Part shown: in pieces, positions 1 to 13,615 of the stretch
How the letters are laid out: the number at the start of each line of letters is the position of its first letter
Position numbering within the stretch: the first letter of the stretch is position 1
Source of the DNA: Sminthopsis crassicaudata
Taxonomy: Eukaryota
Assembly (NCBI RefSeq): GCF_048593235.1
Contig: NC_133617.1
Span: 488,726,958 to 488,790,957 of the forward strand
DNA: 64,000 bases
Direction of reading: 5' to 3'
Notes under the pieces: generated by a model
The model's database searches: none
What the model saw: only the letters and a program-made list of their open reading frames with translations
Told to the model about the DNA's origin: nothing
Program-made: the position numbers and the translations under genes

Positions 1-1199
1 TCAGATACACAAAACCTACAGAAATACAAAAATACTTATTGTCATTTTTTTGTCTTAATAGCCCTCCCCTTTCTTTTAGCAGACCTGTGATTTCATTGGC
101 ATAGGAAACTGAGGAGAATCTCTCCATTAATTTGTTACCAGTTCTTTGACTTACAACTTTCTAAGTTGGTTGGAGGAATTAAGAGGTAAAATTACTTGCA
201 GAGCGTCATACAGTAGGGGCAGGATATTTTGACCTGGAGACCAGCTATCCTCTTCTATGTGGGCCAGCGGTCTGATGGTCTAGAAACAAAAATCCTAAAT
301 ATCTTAAAACCTGAGTTTAAATTCCAACTCTGTCACATGCTATTACTAGTTCTCCGATCTGAATAAATTACTGAATCTCTTTTGCCTGTTTCCTCATCCA
401 CAAAAGAGAGATGATTGGACTGCCTATCTCAAAAGGTAACATGGGAAAAAAAAGCATTCTGTAAAACCTTAAAGAGGTACTTAAGTATTATTTTTAGAAT
501 TCTGAGGGACCATCTGAAAGTAAAATTGGGAGGCAACTTGGCCATTTGAAAGATAGCTAGTTATTGGGATGGGATGGGTTGGGATCAGGTAGAAAAAGTT
601 TTTTAAAATGTGTTTGACCTTTGCAGGTATTCTTAAATTCTGTTTTTTTGAGGGTTAAATGGTCAGGAAAAAAAATTGATTGATATCAACGTGGTTTCTC
701 TACTTTTGTTTGTTGACAACCGTGGAAAGCAAGTCTGTATCCCCAAGTCTGAGGACAAGAGAAAGTTTTCATGACTTTTAACAAGTCATTTCACTTCTGT
801 AAAAAAGGCATTCCAATCCGTGCCCCACCTATTTTATATGGAGCTTTCGTGAGCAGATATTGAGGATATATATGTTTATGGAAGCCCTTTGAAACCCGTA
901 CGTTGAGCGCTATACCCATATAGGTGGTTCTTCTTGTTCTCTCCACCTGCCTGCTGACCTATAGTAACGGGCCCCTTTCAGGTTTACATCACTCCCTTTG
1001 CACCCAGTGCGAGTACTTACTCCCATTTTACAGATGAGCAAAGAGAGGCCGGGAGAGGTGAAGAGATTTCGCCAAGATCTCACAAGAGATCCCCTCCCCC
1101 ACCCCCACAGGAAACCAGATGCTTCCACCACCTGGCTTGTCCCCTGGGGGCCCACATTTTCCTTTCGAAGCACTCTGGGTCCGAGGTCCCGCGTCCTTT

Positions 1200-1960
1200 C
1201 CCTGAACCCCTCCCCAGCTAGGAGCTTACAACACGGCAGACAGGGGCTCGGGCGTGTCCGGGCCGAAGGCGAGCGCGGGGGGCGCTCGCCCTGGGCTGGC
1301 AGCCCCGCTCAGTCCTCGACCTCAGCCTCCGGAGGAGAAGGGGAGGAGGAGGGGGCGGCGACGGCAGCAGCCTACGGCCTCGCGCTTCCAAAGCCAACCG
1401 TTTGTGAGTTCCAGCCCCGCGCGTGGGGTCTAGTGGGGAGGGAGAATGAGAGAAAACCTCCAGAGCCAATCACAGGTGGGCATAAAGGTCTGGAGGCGGA
1501 GCTTTGGGGGAGACTGCTCGAGGCTCTCGGTTTCCTCGGGAGTAAGAGATCTAAAGAATCACTTCTCTCTGCCTTCCAGTGGACTGAATCCTTTCCCTTG
1601 CCAGCCGCCCTCCAAGTGTAGCCAATTAGAAAGAAGGAACCCTTAAAAGGCCGGGCCGAGGAGCGCTTTGATTGGCTGGCTGGCTCGTTGGTTCGGGACT
1701 GCCCTGAGTAGGAGATGTAACATAGAGTTGAAGGGACTCGGGCCCAGGTAGGCGTGAGGCAGCAGATTTAAGTTTCATTCCTAGCTGGGACTGAGCTTCC
1801 CCGCTCGCTGGTCTCAGGCCGCCTCGGATCGGCAGGGCTACTGGTCAGGCGTTCCCGCTCCTTCCAGCGCTCCGAGCGGTCGGTAATTGTGGGGGCGGGG
1901 CGGGCTCTAAGTGACCTCCCCCTGGCCGCAGCCCTCAAGGGAGTTTCCGCCCAGCCACTC
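1200..1960. promoter_or_regulatory. CpG-island promoter, probably bidirectional; gene unassigned (ZNF629-like by synteny only)
   Basis: High CpG density. CCAAT at 1466 and 1622, ATTGG at 1671, GC box GGGGCGGGGCGGG at about 1893. Candidate donors: minus-strand GTAAG (plus cttac 1224-1228) and plus-strand CAG|GTAGGC at 1748. Confidence 0.7.
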
Positions 1961-2494
1961 CTCTAGAAAAACTAGCCATCTGAAATTTAGCGAGAAATTT
2001 GGTCCCTCGGCTTGCAGATGGGGAAACTGAGGCCTCCCGAGGGGAAAATGACTAAAGCAGAATGGCATAGCTAGTTAGCTACACTGCCAAGATAGGTGTC
2101 CGGGATTTATTCCAGTAAACCAGTTGTCTCTGATGCGGGCTCCAAATTTATCCTGGAGTGAAGTTAAAGGTCTAAGAAAATGAGTTAGAGAATCGATGAG
2201 ATCTTGCAACTCCTTCGGTCTGCCTGAACTTGTCCCCAAGGATGTCATTATCTCTATCCGACCAATTCTGAGTTGTCCGGTTTCCTAAACCCCAAACTTT
2301 CTATGTCAGCATTTTCAGTGACAGGATGATGGTCTTCCAAACCCTTCCATCCATGGATGAAGACCTCAAGGGGGAAAGAGTATTCTAAAAAGAGTATTCT
2401 CTAAGATTTAGGGAGAGAATCCAAGGGGTTCTCAGGCGGTTGAAAGGTCTCCTTCACAGCTAACACTGACCTGTGGAATGCCAGACCAACTCTT

Positions 2495-3075
2495 AGATTT
2501 TTTTTATTTTATTTTAGTAATAGCCTTTTATTTTTCAAAATACATGCAAAGAGTTTTCAACGTTCACCCTTGCAAAACCTTGCAATTTTTTGCCATTCCC
2601 AATTTACCCCCTCCCCTCGACAGCAAGTAATCCAATATAGATTAAATTTATTATGCTGCATAAGAAAGATCAAAAAGGGGAGGGGGGAGAGTGAGAAAAA
2701 TAAAAAGCAAGCAAACAACAAAAAAAAAGGTGAAGATTCTATGTGTGACCCACATTCAGTCCTCTTTCTGGTTGGAGATGGCCCTCTCCATCCAGTTTTG
2801 CCCTTGTGGATCCTTATCCCTTTTTCATGATCTCATTGAGTTACAAACCTAGTAGAGACACTGCTGGATTAAAGGGTGTATACACAGTTTGATAGCTCTT
2901 TGGGCATAGTTGCAAATTACTCTCCAGAATGGTTGAATCAGCTCACAACTCTACCAATAATATATTAGTATCCCAGTTTTCCCATTTATCCAAGACTTAT
3001 CTTTTTTTTTTTTTTTTTGTCATCTTAGCCAATCTGAGAAACTGTGCTATGGTATCCCAGAGTTGTCTTAATTTA
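2495..3075 (-). mobile_element. Old L1 3' UTR and ORF2-end fragments
   Basis: Shares marsupial L1 3' motifs (aaaatacatgcaaa, ttgctctccagaatggttg, ccagttttccca) with the better-preserved L1 at 42155-43067. Confidence 0.7.
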
Positions 3076-4713
3076 GACCAGCTCATAGACTTAAGATAAT
3101 AACATTTTAAAATAGTATAAAAACATTTTCATAAGATAAGATTTAGCACACATCAAACCATTCTATGTGTGAAGGCACTGAGATAACAGAAAAACAATGA
3201 ACACATTAGGGAGAATATAGGTATCAAAGACTCAAAAGTGCTCTGAGAAGTTTTTTGGAGAGAAACATCTGTGCACAAAAGAATGAAAAGAATGAAGGTA
3301 AGTAAGGGGAAGATCAAATCCAAGCCTTTACTGAAATATTTAATTTGACCCTCTGTGTTCCAGTCCTAGCCAACTTTTCCAGGGTCATTTTCCATGACTT
3401 TCCTTCTTGGATTTTATGCTCTCTCCAAGCTGGATTATCTTCCCCTTATAGCCATGCTTTTGTGTATACTCTCCCCATTCTGGCACAGATTTATTCCACA
3501 TATCTACTTTAAAGGCCATTTCTTTAAATTTTTCCCAGGTGCTACATTGTCCATTAAGTCTAATTCTATACTATCAACTACATGGACTTTCTCCTTCCAT
3601 AAAACTTTTTATACCTCTCTGATGTTTCTTATAATCTCCCATGTATTACTGATGAAGTCTTGAATAATGTGCCATTGGGAATTCTTCACATGACCAAACC
3701 ACATCACTTTGGTTTCCAAACCACATCATTACCAAAGCTTTAAATCTTCAAGGGCAGACTCTGAGTCATGTTATCTATCTTATATGCCTAACACATAGTT
3801 GATGTAATTGTAATGTTAATTTGAATAAATATTTTGTATGTGAAGGGAAATAGCATGAGATAATGCTACAAAAGTTCAATGGCATTAGACTGAAGAGAGT
3901 AACTTAAATGTCAAGATAAAAGACTTATTCTCTATGCAAATGTATGCACTAAGGAGTTACTATTACTTCAAAACAAAATGTATCAATAAAACGTTTATTA
4001 TTCCTTCTTAATAAGTAATATCTTTATATAATATACATATATATATAATAAGTAATATCCACAAGTACTGTCCCTTTGGAAGACAGTAGATAGCAAAAAC
4101 TATTATAGCAATTGAGACTGACAGCTCATATAATATTCTGCTCTTATAATTAGTTCATTTCCCCTTTTTCCCTTTAATCATATTTTTTTTGCTTTTTTTT
4201 TTTTCCATTTCTCACTATATCCCTTTCATAGAATCTTTAATAAGAAAAATTTGGACAAAACCCAAGAGGCAAAATGACTGTATCTGACATTATATGTGGT
4301 ATTCTGCATCTCTACCAAGAGGAAGGAAGGAAATTAACATTTGTTAGATACCTACTCTGGGCCAGGCACTGTATTAAACGCCTTACAGATATCATCAACA
4401 ACATTGAGAGAAGGCAGACAGAGGTTAACTAGCTTGTCCAGAGTCACAAAACTAATAAATATCTAAGGTTGGATTTGAACTCCTGACTCCAGGTCCAGCC
4501 CTCTATCCAATGTGCAAATATTCCCTAGAGACTTCTGCAGAAGAAAGGGAATATGTTTTATCCTCTCTGTGATCAAAATTGATTATTGATATTCATTTGA
4601 ATTAACAGAATTTAGGTTTTTTTCTCTTTATGTTGTGGTAATTTTATATATTGTTTTCAAGGTTCTGCTTAGCTTGGTTTTAACAGTTTAATTTATAGTC
4701 AAAAGGATACGAG

Positions 4714-4747
<34 letters not shown>

Positions 4748-5103
4748 CTGAGAACCCCTAGTGTATTGTATGGATCAGAGATCTAAATTATTGTCAGAGA
4801 AGAAGGGTCTCTAGGGAATATTTGACATTGGAGGGTGAATGTGGATATCCGGATGCCTGTACTAAACATTCATATACACAAGACTGTTACAAGGTAGGAT
4901 GACTATAGAAAAGAGCAATCATACTCCTTAAGGCAGAAAATGGAATGCTGAGTTCAGGAAACAGCTAATATAGGATTGTAATATGAAAAGAATTTTGAAC
5001 TAGAGATAAGAACCAGAGAGCTTTAAATGATGTTAAGGAGAGCACTTTGTGTTTTATCCTACTGAAAAAGGAAGCTCACTTTAGTTCAATTTTCTCATAT
5101 TTG

Positions 5104-5245
5104 GGGCAATTAGGTGACGCAGTGGATAGAGCACCAGTCTTAAAGTCAGGAGGACCTGAGTTCAAATGTAACCTCAGATACTTAACACTTCCTAGCTGTG
5201 TGACCCTGGGCAAGTCACTTAACCCTATTGCTTCAGAAAAAAAAA
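5104..5245 (+). mobile_element. tRNA-derived SINE (WSINE1-like)
   Basis: A box (gcagtggatagagc), B box (gagttcaaat), CORE-like body and A tail; imperfect TSD ttctcat(a/g)tttg. Confidence 0.85.
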
Positions 5246-5685
5246 ATTCTCATGTTTGATTTTCTAGTTTCTTTCAGTTTTAATGATTATATATTATATT
5301 CATAAACCATAATTTGTTCAGTCATCCCACAATCATTAGGCACATAATTTTCCCCCAACTTTCTTGTATTTCAGATTATCGGAATGTTTTTAACCAGAAA
5401 AATTATAGAGCAGTATTTTTAGAATATTAAGATGCAACAGTGTAGAAAATGGATTGGAGAGGAGTATTTGGTCAAAGAGACTAGTTTAGGAGGCTAATCC
5501 AGAGGAGAGACCATAAAGACAATTGTCCCCTTATAAACACATAGATTCTTTTTTTTTTTTTAAGTGCTTTTTATTCAGAATTTAAACCCTCCAAATCACA
5601 TTTTGGTATTCACATTGGAATACAGAGTATTGTATATGAAATTGTATGTCCCTATATTGCTTCATTTTTAAAAGAGGTATAAGTT

Positions 5686-5828
5686 TGGGCAGCTAGGTGG
5701 CGCAGTGGACAGAGCACCAGCCTTGAATTCAGGAGGACCCGAGTTCAAATTTGGTCTCAGACACTTAACACTTCCTAGCTGTGTGACCCTGGGCAAGTCA
5801 CTTAACCCCAGCCTGGGGGGGGGGAGGG
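5686..5828 (+). mobile_element. Young WSINE1-like SINE with G-rich tail
   Basis: Full head and body; perfect 14-bp TSD aagaggtataagtt at 5672-5685 and 5829-5842. Confidence 0.92.
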
Positions 5829-6329
5829 AAGAGGTATAAGTTCTACATATTACTTTCAAAGCTGTCTCATTTATCCAAAGCAATATATTATCTCTTTTAT
5901 TTTGTTGGGGGTTACAGGAGGGAAGAGGGAGGTAATTAGGGCTAAATGACTAGCCCAGGGTCACATAGCACATGTCTGAGGTCAAATTTAAACTGAGGTG
6001 ACCCTGACTTCAGTGCTGGTGTATCCACTGCACCACCTAGTTAACCCCACAGCAATATGATCTTTTTTTTTTTAATTATTATTAGTAGTAATATTTTATA
6101 TTTCATTCCCCCCCAACAATCACTAAGGTCAATTGCAACTTTAAGTCCAAGATGTTATGAAAATTCTTAATATGAAGGGGGTACAGGATTAGGAACCAGG
6201 AATGGAATGGCATAATTAGACTCTCTTGTACACGATCAAATATCTAGCTGATTTTGTTTGCTACTTCAAGAATATATTGCTTTTCAAAATACTAGTTAGA
6301 CTAGAGCTACATCTCAAAAAGAGATAAAA

Positions 6330-6840
6330 AATTAAAAGGCCTTATATGTACACAAAAAATATTTACAGCAGTTTTTTTTTTGAAGGCAAAGATTTGAAAA
6401 TTGAGGGGATGCCCATCAACTGGGAAATATTGGGAAATGGCTGAATTAAATTCTGGTATGTAATTATTATGGAATCCTATTATGCTATAAGAAATGATGA
6501 GCAAGATGCTCAGAATCTGAAAAGATTTTTATAAGCTGATGCAAATCAAAATATGCTGTGTACAAAGTAACAGCGATATTATAAGATGATTAATTGTGAA
6601 TAGTTTCAGAAATACAATAATCCAGATGCTATCCATACCCAGAGAAAGAACTGAAGGTGTCTGAATACAGATTAAAGCATACTCTTTTTACTTTATTTTT
6701 CCTGAGGGGCTTTTTTGTGAAATTGATTTTTTGAACCAAGTATAATAATGTCATTACTCTCTTAAAATTCATCATATTAGATTTAGCCCAGTTATCTAGG
6801 TTGTTTAGATCTTTTGGGATCTTGACTCTGTCATGCAATA
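6330..6840 (+). mobile_element. Old L1 ORF2-end/3' UTR fragment
   Basis: gatgcccatcaactgggaaat...ggaatcctattatgctataagaaatgatgagc is the degenerate L1 ORF2 C-terminal segment (CPSIGEW...EYY). Confidence 0.7.
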
Positions 6841-9779
6841 TGTTATTTATAATTCAGCTTTGTAAACTCCAAAAATTTTATAAATATCTCATCTAAACCT
6901 TTATCCAAATCATTGATTAAAAAAAAAAAAAAAAAACCAATAGTACAAGCTGAATAAAGCAGAAATTTCTGAAACATTGGACCAAAATCTTCCTTTTTAG
7001 TTATAAGTTCCCATTAATGATTAATTTTAATCCATTTAGCCAACTATAGTATACATTTTCATTTTATCTTTCCTTGTCAGCTTTAGTTCATTTTGAGCTT
7101 TAGTCTTCTTGATATTATTTCTATGGGACTATGCCATGCTTCTGTGTCTATCCTCTATTAAGTGCCCTTGCTTGGATCTTCTGTATGTCTTTTTAAAATC
7201 TAAGTTTGTTGATGGCTTCTTCTGCATACACATCACTCTTTAAACATTTCACCCATTTGTAAATTAGAATTGTTTCTCATTGTATCTTTTTTTATGTCAC
7301 GTCAAACATATTTCCATATGTTAAAAAAAAAAAAACCAACCCCACAAAGAAACTTTTTTTTTTTTTTTTAAAGTATGCTTCACTCTATTTTTAGAGTTCA
7401 TCAGTTTTCTCTCTGGAAGTAGATATCTTCATGGGTATTTTAGATCATAATCTTGATTTGAATAGTTCTTTGATTAGTCTTGATTAGTGTCTTTCACATT
7501 TTATCATCCTTATTACTGTTACTGTGTACAATCTTCTTCTGGTTTACTCACTTTGCCTGAGTTTTTCCAGGTTTTCTGAAACAATTCTGCTGGTCACATA
7601 TCACAATCATTGTGTCTTAATTTCATTTTGGAGATTTCCATACCACCCAGGTTCATTTGTAGAATTTTATTTTATAGGATACTGTTTGCTTTGGAATCTG
7701 TTCTCTCAAAATTATTTCCACCCAATAAACCAGTTCTTCCTTATTAGAGAAATCTAAGTCTAAAACTTTTAGACTTAGTTGTTTCCTCTGGCTTTTGAAG
7801 GAAATTATCATTAAAGTAGAATATGAAATTATTAATATTAACCAATCCACAGAGAGGTCCTTCAGGCATCTATATAAATAAAGCTTCATTATCATAATAT
7901 TCTCTCTATGCTCTCTGTGATATTTCCCAAACATATGCTTTCTTTCTTAAAAGGTGGTCTGTAGTAAATTCTAACAATATCCTATTTTTATTCATCTACC
8001 TCTATTGTTCTTAATCTAAATGATCTCTACAATGCTTTCTTTCCCTTCTGATTCATTAATTTCTCCATGTAAGTACTCTTACTGCCTTTCCCTTTTGCCT
8101 TGTGAATAAAATATAACCTTCCAGAGCCATGGTCTGGTAATGGCCTATCATTTGATATCAATATATAATACAATGCAATATACCTCTATACAAATAGTAG
8201 GCCATTTGATATTATTGGTATCAATGTTCATACTAAATTTGTCCCCTTGCATTATTTCTAATTCACTTACTATTTTATCTCTTTTACTATATTTGTGTCT
8301 TAGCTCCTGAGTTTTATTCTTGGATCTTTTCTTGAATTTTTTTCTTTGTCTTATAGTATACCTACATTCTATGGTACATAATAATGTGGATTTCAATAGG
8401 TAGTTTATTACTTCACCTTCATTTTCAGTTTAGAACCCTTATGATTAGATTTATAAGAGTTCATGCAAATGTGTTATTAGATTTGCTTCAACAGAGCAGT
8501 TTGGTTGGGAGTCAGAGTGAAAACTTACACAGGATTCACTTAAGTTAAAACTTTATTTTATCAAAGCTAGTGTGACAAATAGCATGGGCAACTAATTGGC
8601 AATTAGGGTCAAAGGGGAACAAAGCTTTTATGCCAAAATTTTGGCTCTAAGGAACATGAGGAATACTTAGACTGCTAAAAACAGTATTTTTTTTTTTCAG
8701 ACAGTAACTTTGACATGAGATCTCTTAAAAACAGAGTTAAACAAAACAACAATTTGGTTGTCTGGGTTCAAGGAAGAGTTTACAAGACAAGTGTTCCTTT
8801 TTTGAGCCCAACAAATCTAAACATCCTTGTTTTAGTGATTTTAGTAAATGTTTATGTTAATAATTTTCATAAGCCAATCTAGGGCTTGGGGTTAGGGTCT
8901 AGCAGGACCCTATCATTACATCCCTGCTTAGGAAACTTTCCTTCTTAAATTTTAAGCAGACTTTAAACTGAATGTACCCAGAATTTGGGATCAGTGTTAG
9001 AAAGTGTTAGCCTATGAAATGGAATCTAATAATCAGCATTAAACAGAACCAGGGTTTAAGAATAATGGAAATTGTTTTGATCTGGGGAGTCAAGAACTTT
9101 TAATTCTAGTCACAATTCTGACAGGTAGCCCTGTCACCTTGGGCAAGCCACCTCTCTACTTAATGTTTCATTTGTCTCACTTGTAAAATGAAAGCTAGAT
9201 TAATTTTAGGTTACCTTCCAACTTTAATTCTGTATGCTGGCTTTATTGCCAGCTGACATTTTGTTCTGAATTAGCCAGCTGAAGAAACAACAATGTATTC
9301 TTTGTGCTTTTAAGTTTTAATGATTTAAAAAAAATTTTTTTACATAATTTCGTAGATTAATCTCCCTCCACTTCCAGAGAGCTCTTTCATAGAAATTCCA
9401 AAAAAGGGAGGGAAGTTGGAAAATTCAGCAAAATTAGCCAACACATCAACCTAGTCCAGGATTTCATGCAGTATGGAATACCCACTATCCCTCACCTCTG
9501 CAAAGAGGGGAGGTGCATTCTTATAGCTCTCCTTTAGGGCCTTTTGCAGAATAAAGTTGATTGTATCTTTTGCATTGTTGTATATGTGTTGACATCCTAA
9601 TTCTGCATACTTCACACCTCTTTCCAATTCTGTTGATCATTTCCTTGATTCCTGGAGATTTAATCTTAAACATATCTCTTCCCTGAGCTTATCTCCAACA
9701 GTTCTCAACTTCTGAAAAAAAAAAATGCTGGACACCAAGGAAGCGACTCTGGAAAAACCAAGCGGAGTATAGGTATCTT

Positions 9780-10100
9780 TGGACTTATTCTGGATAAACC
9801 TCGCGTTCGGGCCGCCCTCATTCATACGGCAGGTTCTGATTGGTCCCTGGGATGTGGTCTCCGCCTCCAGACTCTGATTGGCTGGAAGAAGCACGCCGTG
9901 GGCGAGGAACAACGCTCCTCTCCAAACCTGTGGCGGTTCTTCTGCGCCCCTCATCCGCACCCTTCTTCGTTTCTACTGTATACTCGACAGTGGCACCCCA
10001 AAAATAGCGTCGGGAAAGGGGTGTGCGAGGAAAATAGACGGTATTTCCTTCCCCTGGGCAGCGCTAACACCTGGGTCGGATCACAAGTACGTGGTGAGTT
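9780..10100 (+). promoter_or_regulatory. Orphan CpG/CCAAT promoter with candidate first exon
   Basis: CpG-rich patch; two CTGATTGG (reverse CCAAT) motifs at about 9835 and 9874; donor TG|GTGAGT at 10094. Confidence 0.6.
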
Positions 10101-10499
10101 TGGTGCCCGGCCTGCACCCCTGCCCCCTCGCCGGTGGAAGGCTGCCTTCTCTCCCTGCCCCACCCCGCCCCACAGTCACGCAGTGATCCATTTTTCCCTT
10201 TGGGACTCCCCAAGCCTCTTTTTTTTTTTTTTTTTTTTTCTTGGCGGACTTGTAGAGCTGGCTTTTCTGTGTTGACCGGTGATTTCATTGCTGAGAGAAG
10301 ACGTGCCCTCTGCTCCTGTTCTTGAATTCAAGTTTGGGAGAGTAGCCTGAGAAGCGGGGCCCCCGGGCTCCAGCCAGGCCTGCTGTCCAGACACCAATCC
10401 CGAATATACTTTGGGGGAACTCAAAAGAGAGCAGTGTGTTAGAGTGGACAGAGACGCTTAGACTTAAAGGTTCAGACTTTTAGAGCTGAAAGCATCCTT

Positions 10500-10640
10500 A
10501 GTGCTGCCAAACTCAAATAGAAATAGGGCCCTATACAGACTTAGGAAACCTTGTATTTAGTTTATTTTGTTAAATATTTTCCTATTCCTATTAATCTTGT
10601 TGGGACCACACTCGATAGTGGGCCTTATGTGACTCCTCTG
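10500..10640 (+). mobile_element. Interspersed repeat, probable non-autonomous DNA-transposon (MER/hAT-like) fragment; related copies near 26765-26980 and 61540-61790 (minus)
   Basis: aactcaaatagaaatagggccc recurs as a reverse complement at about 26950 and about 61750. Family assignment is inference. Confidence 0.5.
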
Positions 10641-10869
10641 ATAATGTAATCCCAGATTTTACAAGTGAACAGCTTTGGATCTTTTCTTCCTGAGGTCACA
10701 CAACCAGTAACAAACAGAACCAGAACACATACTGCCATCTCTGACTCCAGTGAACTTGTGCAAAGGGCTTCAACTCCCATGAGTAGAAGAGATAATCTCT
10801 GAAGTGCTTTCAAATTGTGCTGTTATCTACTTCATATTCCTAAAAGAGCTAAGTCTGTCATGGTTGATC

Positions 10870-11290
10870 ATCATATAATATACCTGTGTAAAATGCTTTC
10901 CTGGTAAACTTCATTCAGCATCAGTTCATGTAAATCTTTCCAGTTTTTTTCTGAAATATGCCTGCTCATTATTTATAGAACAATAGTATTCTATTGCATT
11001 CACATACCACAACTTATTCCCCCATTCCCCAATTGATGGACATCCTTTCAATTGCTTTGTCACCACAAAAAGGGCTGCTACAAATATTTTTGTAAGTATA
11101 GGTCCTTTTCCCTTTTTTATGATCTCTCCAGAATACAGAACCAGTAGTGGTATCATTTTTGGTGGTATTGGATATGAAGTTTAATAGCCCTTTGGGCATA
11201 GTTCCAAATTGCTCTCCAGAATGACTGGATCAGTTCAAACTCCACCAACAATGTATTAGTGTTCCAGTTTTCCCACATTTATCATTGTCT
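10870..11290 (-). mobile_element. L1 ORF2 C-terminal fragment, degenerate
   Basis: Minus ORFs give CGKTGTLIHCWW and IFVAALFVV...GCPSIGEWGNKLWY, typical of the L1 ORF2 end. Confidence 0.9.
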
Positions 11291-12289
11291 TTGAGAGAAA
11301 AATTCTTAATCATGAAAGAAATAAGAATGGATGAAGGAAACCTGTGAAATATCCCTTCTGAAGGTTTTTTTTTAAATGGCCAGAGTTCCTTATCTACTTT
11401 GTTCCTGGGCCTTAGTCTTCTCATCTAAGGACTAAAAGGCCTCTGACGTCCCTTCAGGCCCAGAATCTATGATCCTTCCCTCTTGTGATGGATTCCCAGG
11501 CCTAGATCTAGTATTTCTTAGAGCAACATTTTGGTGAATGCTTTGAGTTTTTTTTTTTTTGTTTTGTTTTGTTTTTTTTTTAATGTCTGAGGCTCTCATA
11601 AGAGAGATTTGCTTATCATAGTATCATATATTAGGGGTTCCAATTAACAAACCCCTAGTTGCCAAGTAGTGAGGTTAGAGAATAGATTTTAAGAGACCCT
11701 GAAAGGGAGTCTTCCTGGATACTAAAGATCTTTTAAATCCAGTAGCCAATCTGATTTGGTTCCTTAAAATGCATGTATCACTATGATTTTCAATTAGCTT
11801 AAACTGTTTGTGAATTTTTGTGTGTAGTGTTTTCTGATAAAGCATAGTTTACTTTGAACAGACTAAAGTTACCATCTTCAAGATGGATATAGTTGCCCGA
11901 ATCATGTTAATTTATTCCAGAAATCTTTTTAAATTAAATCAGCTTTTATAATTTAATTTGGGGGGGGGTAGTAGATTTTTTTAAAAATTTGACTTTTACA
12001 ATTTTTACTTTTGACAAACCACAATTCTAGATGTTTCATGGTGAAATGTGCTACCTACATACTGATAGAATGGTGAATCATCTCTGCAGACTGAGGTGTG
12101 TATGTGTTTATGAGAAAGAATGATATAGCCAATGTGGGAATTTGTTTGTCTTGACTATAAATGTAACAGAGATTTGTTTTCTTGTTTTCTGCAAGTAGTG
12201 GGATCGAGATGGGAGGGTATTGCTGGGTCAGGAAGAGAAGGTGGATCTTCATAAAAATAAAATTTAAACAATAAATGTTGATTCTTTTT

Positions 12290-12730
12290 CTTTTTTTAAA
12301 ATTAAAGCTTTTTATTTTTCAAAACAGTGGATAATTTTTTGACATTAACCTTTGCAAAACCTGTGTTCCAGTTTTCCCCTCTTTCTCCCACACCCTTCCC
12401 TGGATTGTAAATAGTCCAATATATGCTAAATATGATAGAAATATGTTAAATCCTATTTATTTATTTATTTATTCATGCTGCACAAGAAAAAAAAAGTGAA
12501 GTAAAATGCAAGCAAACAACAACAAAAACAGTGAAAATGCTATGTTGTGAACCACACTCAATCCCCACAGTCCTCTCTCTGGGTATAGATGGCTCTCTTC
12601 ATTACTGAATAATTGGAACTGGTTTGAATCATCTCATTGTTGAAGAGAGTGGCCTTCATCAGAATTGATCATCGTATAATCTTGATATTGCCATGTATAA
12701 ATATCTCTGGTTCTGCTCATTTGACTTAGC
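12290..12730 (-). mobile_element. L1 3' UTR fragment
   Basis: Matches the L1 3' UTR motifs at 2495-2830 and 24540-24965 (atgctgcacaagaaaa, aattgatcatcg, ctggttctgctcattt). Confidence 0.75.
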
Positions 12731-13615
12731 AGTGTTGATTTTTTTCAAATCATTTCTGCTTACATTGTTCTTTTGTATGAACAGCTAACATTAAAATTCT
12801 GGACAAGAGTTATGATGTTTGGGGAGGGCCTTAGGGAATGGAGAAACCCTAGTTCTTGTTCCACTATGCCATTAACTAACTAATTACTTATTTCTATAAT
12901 TATAGGAAAGTAATTTATTTGATCTCTGTCTACAGAATAAGGTGTTTTGACTAGGTAATTTCAGAGTTCTGTGAGGCTATGAAACATATCATGTTTTAAA
13001 TGGCTACTTTACGAAAAACAAAAATAATAAATATTTCAACTATAGCTCTCATATGCTTACCTAAAGCACTAATAGCACAGAATCATAGTAGTAAGGAGAA
13101 CTACATTTATATAGCACTCCAAAGTTTGCAATGTACTTTATATCTATTTCATATGATTCTCCCAATAATCCTGTAAAGTAGGTATCATTATTATTTCCAT
13201 TTTACAAATAAGGTTAAGATGGTTAAGTGACTTATGTAAGATCATATTAAATGTCTAAGGCAGGATCCTAACTTCTTGTCCTAATGGACTACAAGTCTAT
13301 CTTTCTATCCACTGTACTATCTAACCCCTTAACATAAGAATGAAAATTTAAAAAAAATGTATTGTTTAGGATTATCCTAAAATATGGAACTAATTAAACA
13401 ATTGAACTAAAATGGGACTAATTAAAAATATGGGATTAATTAAACATCAACATTTTTAAAAATTGTTTAGGTTTATCCTAAAATATGGAACTAATTAAAT
13501 AACAAATGAAAAATCAGCGTTCTTACGGTTCATCCACTAAGATATAGAAATGGCTTTATTATACAGAAAGCTTTTCTCCAATATCAAGAAATATTTATTA
13601 AGAATCTACCATATT

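Noticed and set aside
1268-1290. Perfect 9-bp GC hairpin (ggcgagcgc-ggggg-gcgctcgcc)
   Set aside because: Real, but short stems are common in CpG islands and no RNA-family features accompany it.
998-1621. 207-aa plus-strand ORF
   Set aside because: TTG start, crosses a MIR-like fragment and a GC-rich island, and shows no recognisable domain. Long ORFs are expected in GC-rich DNA.
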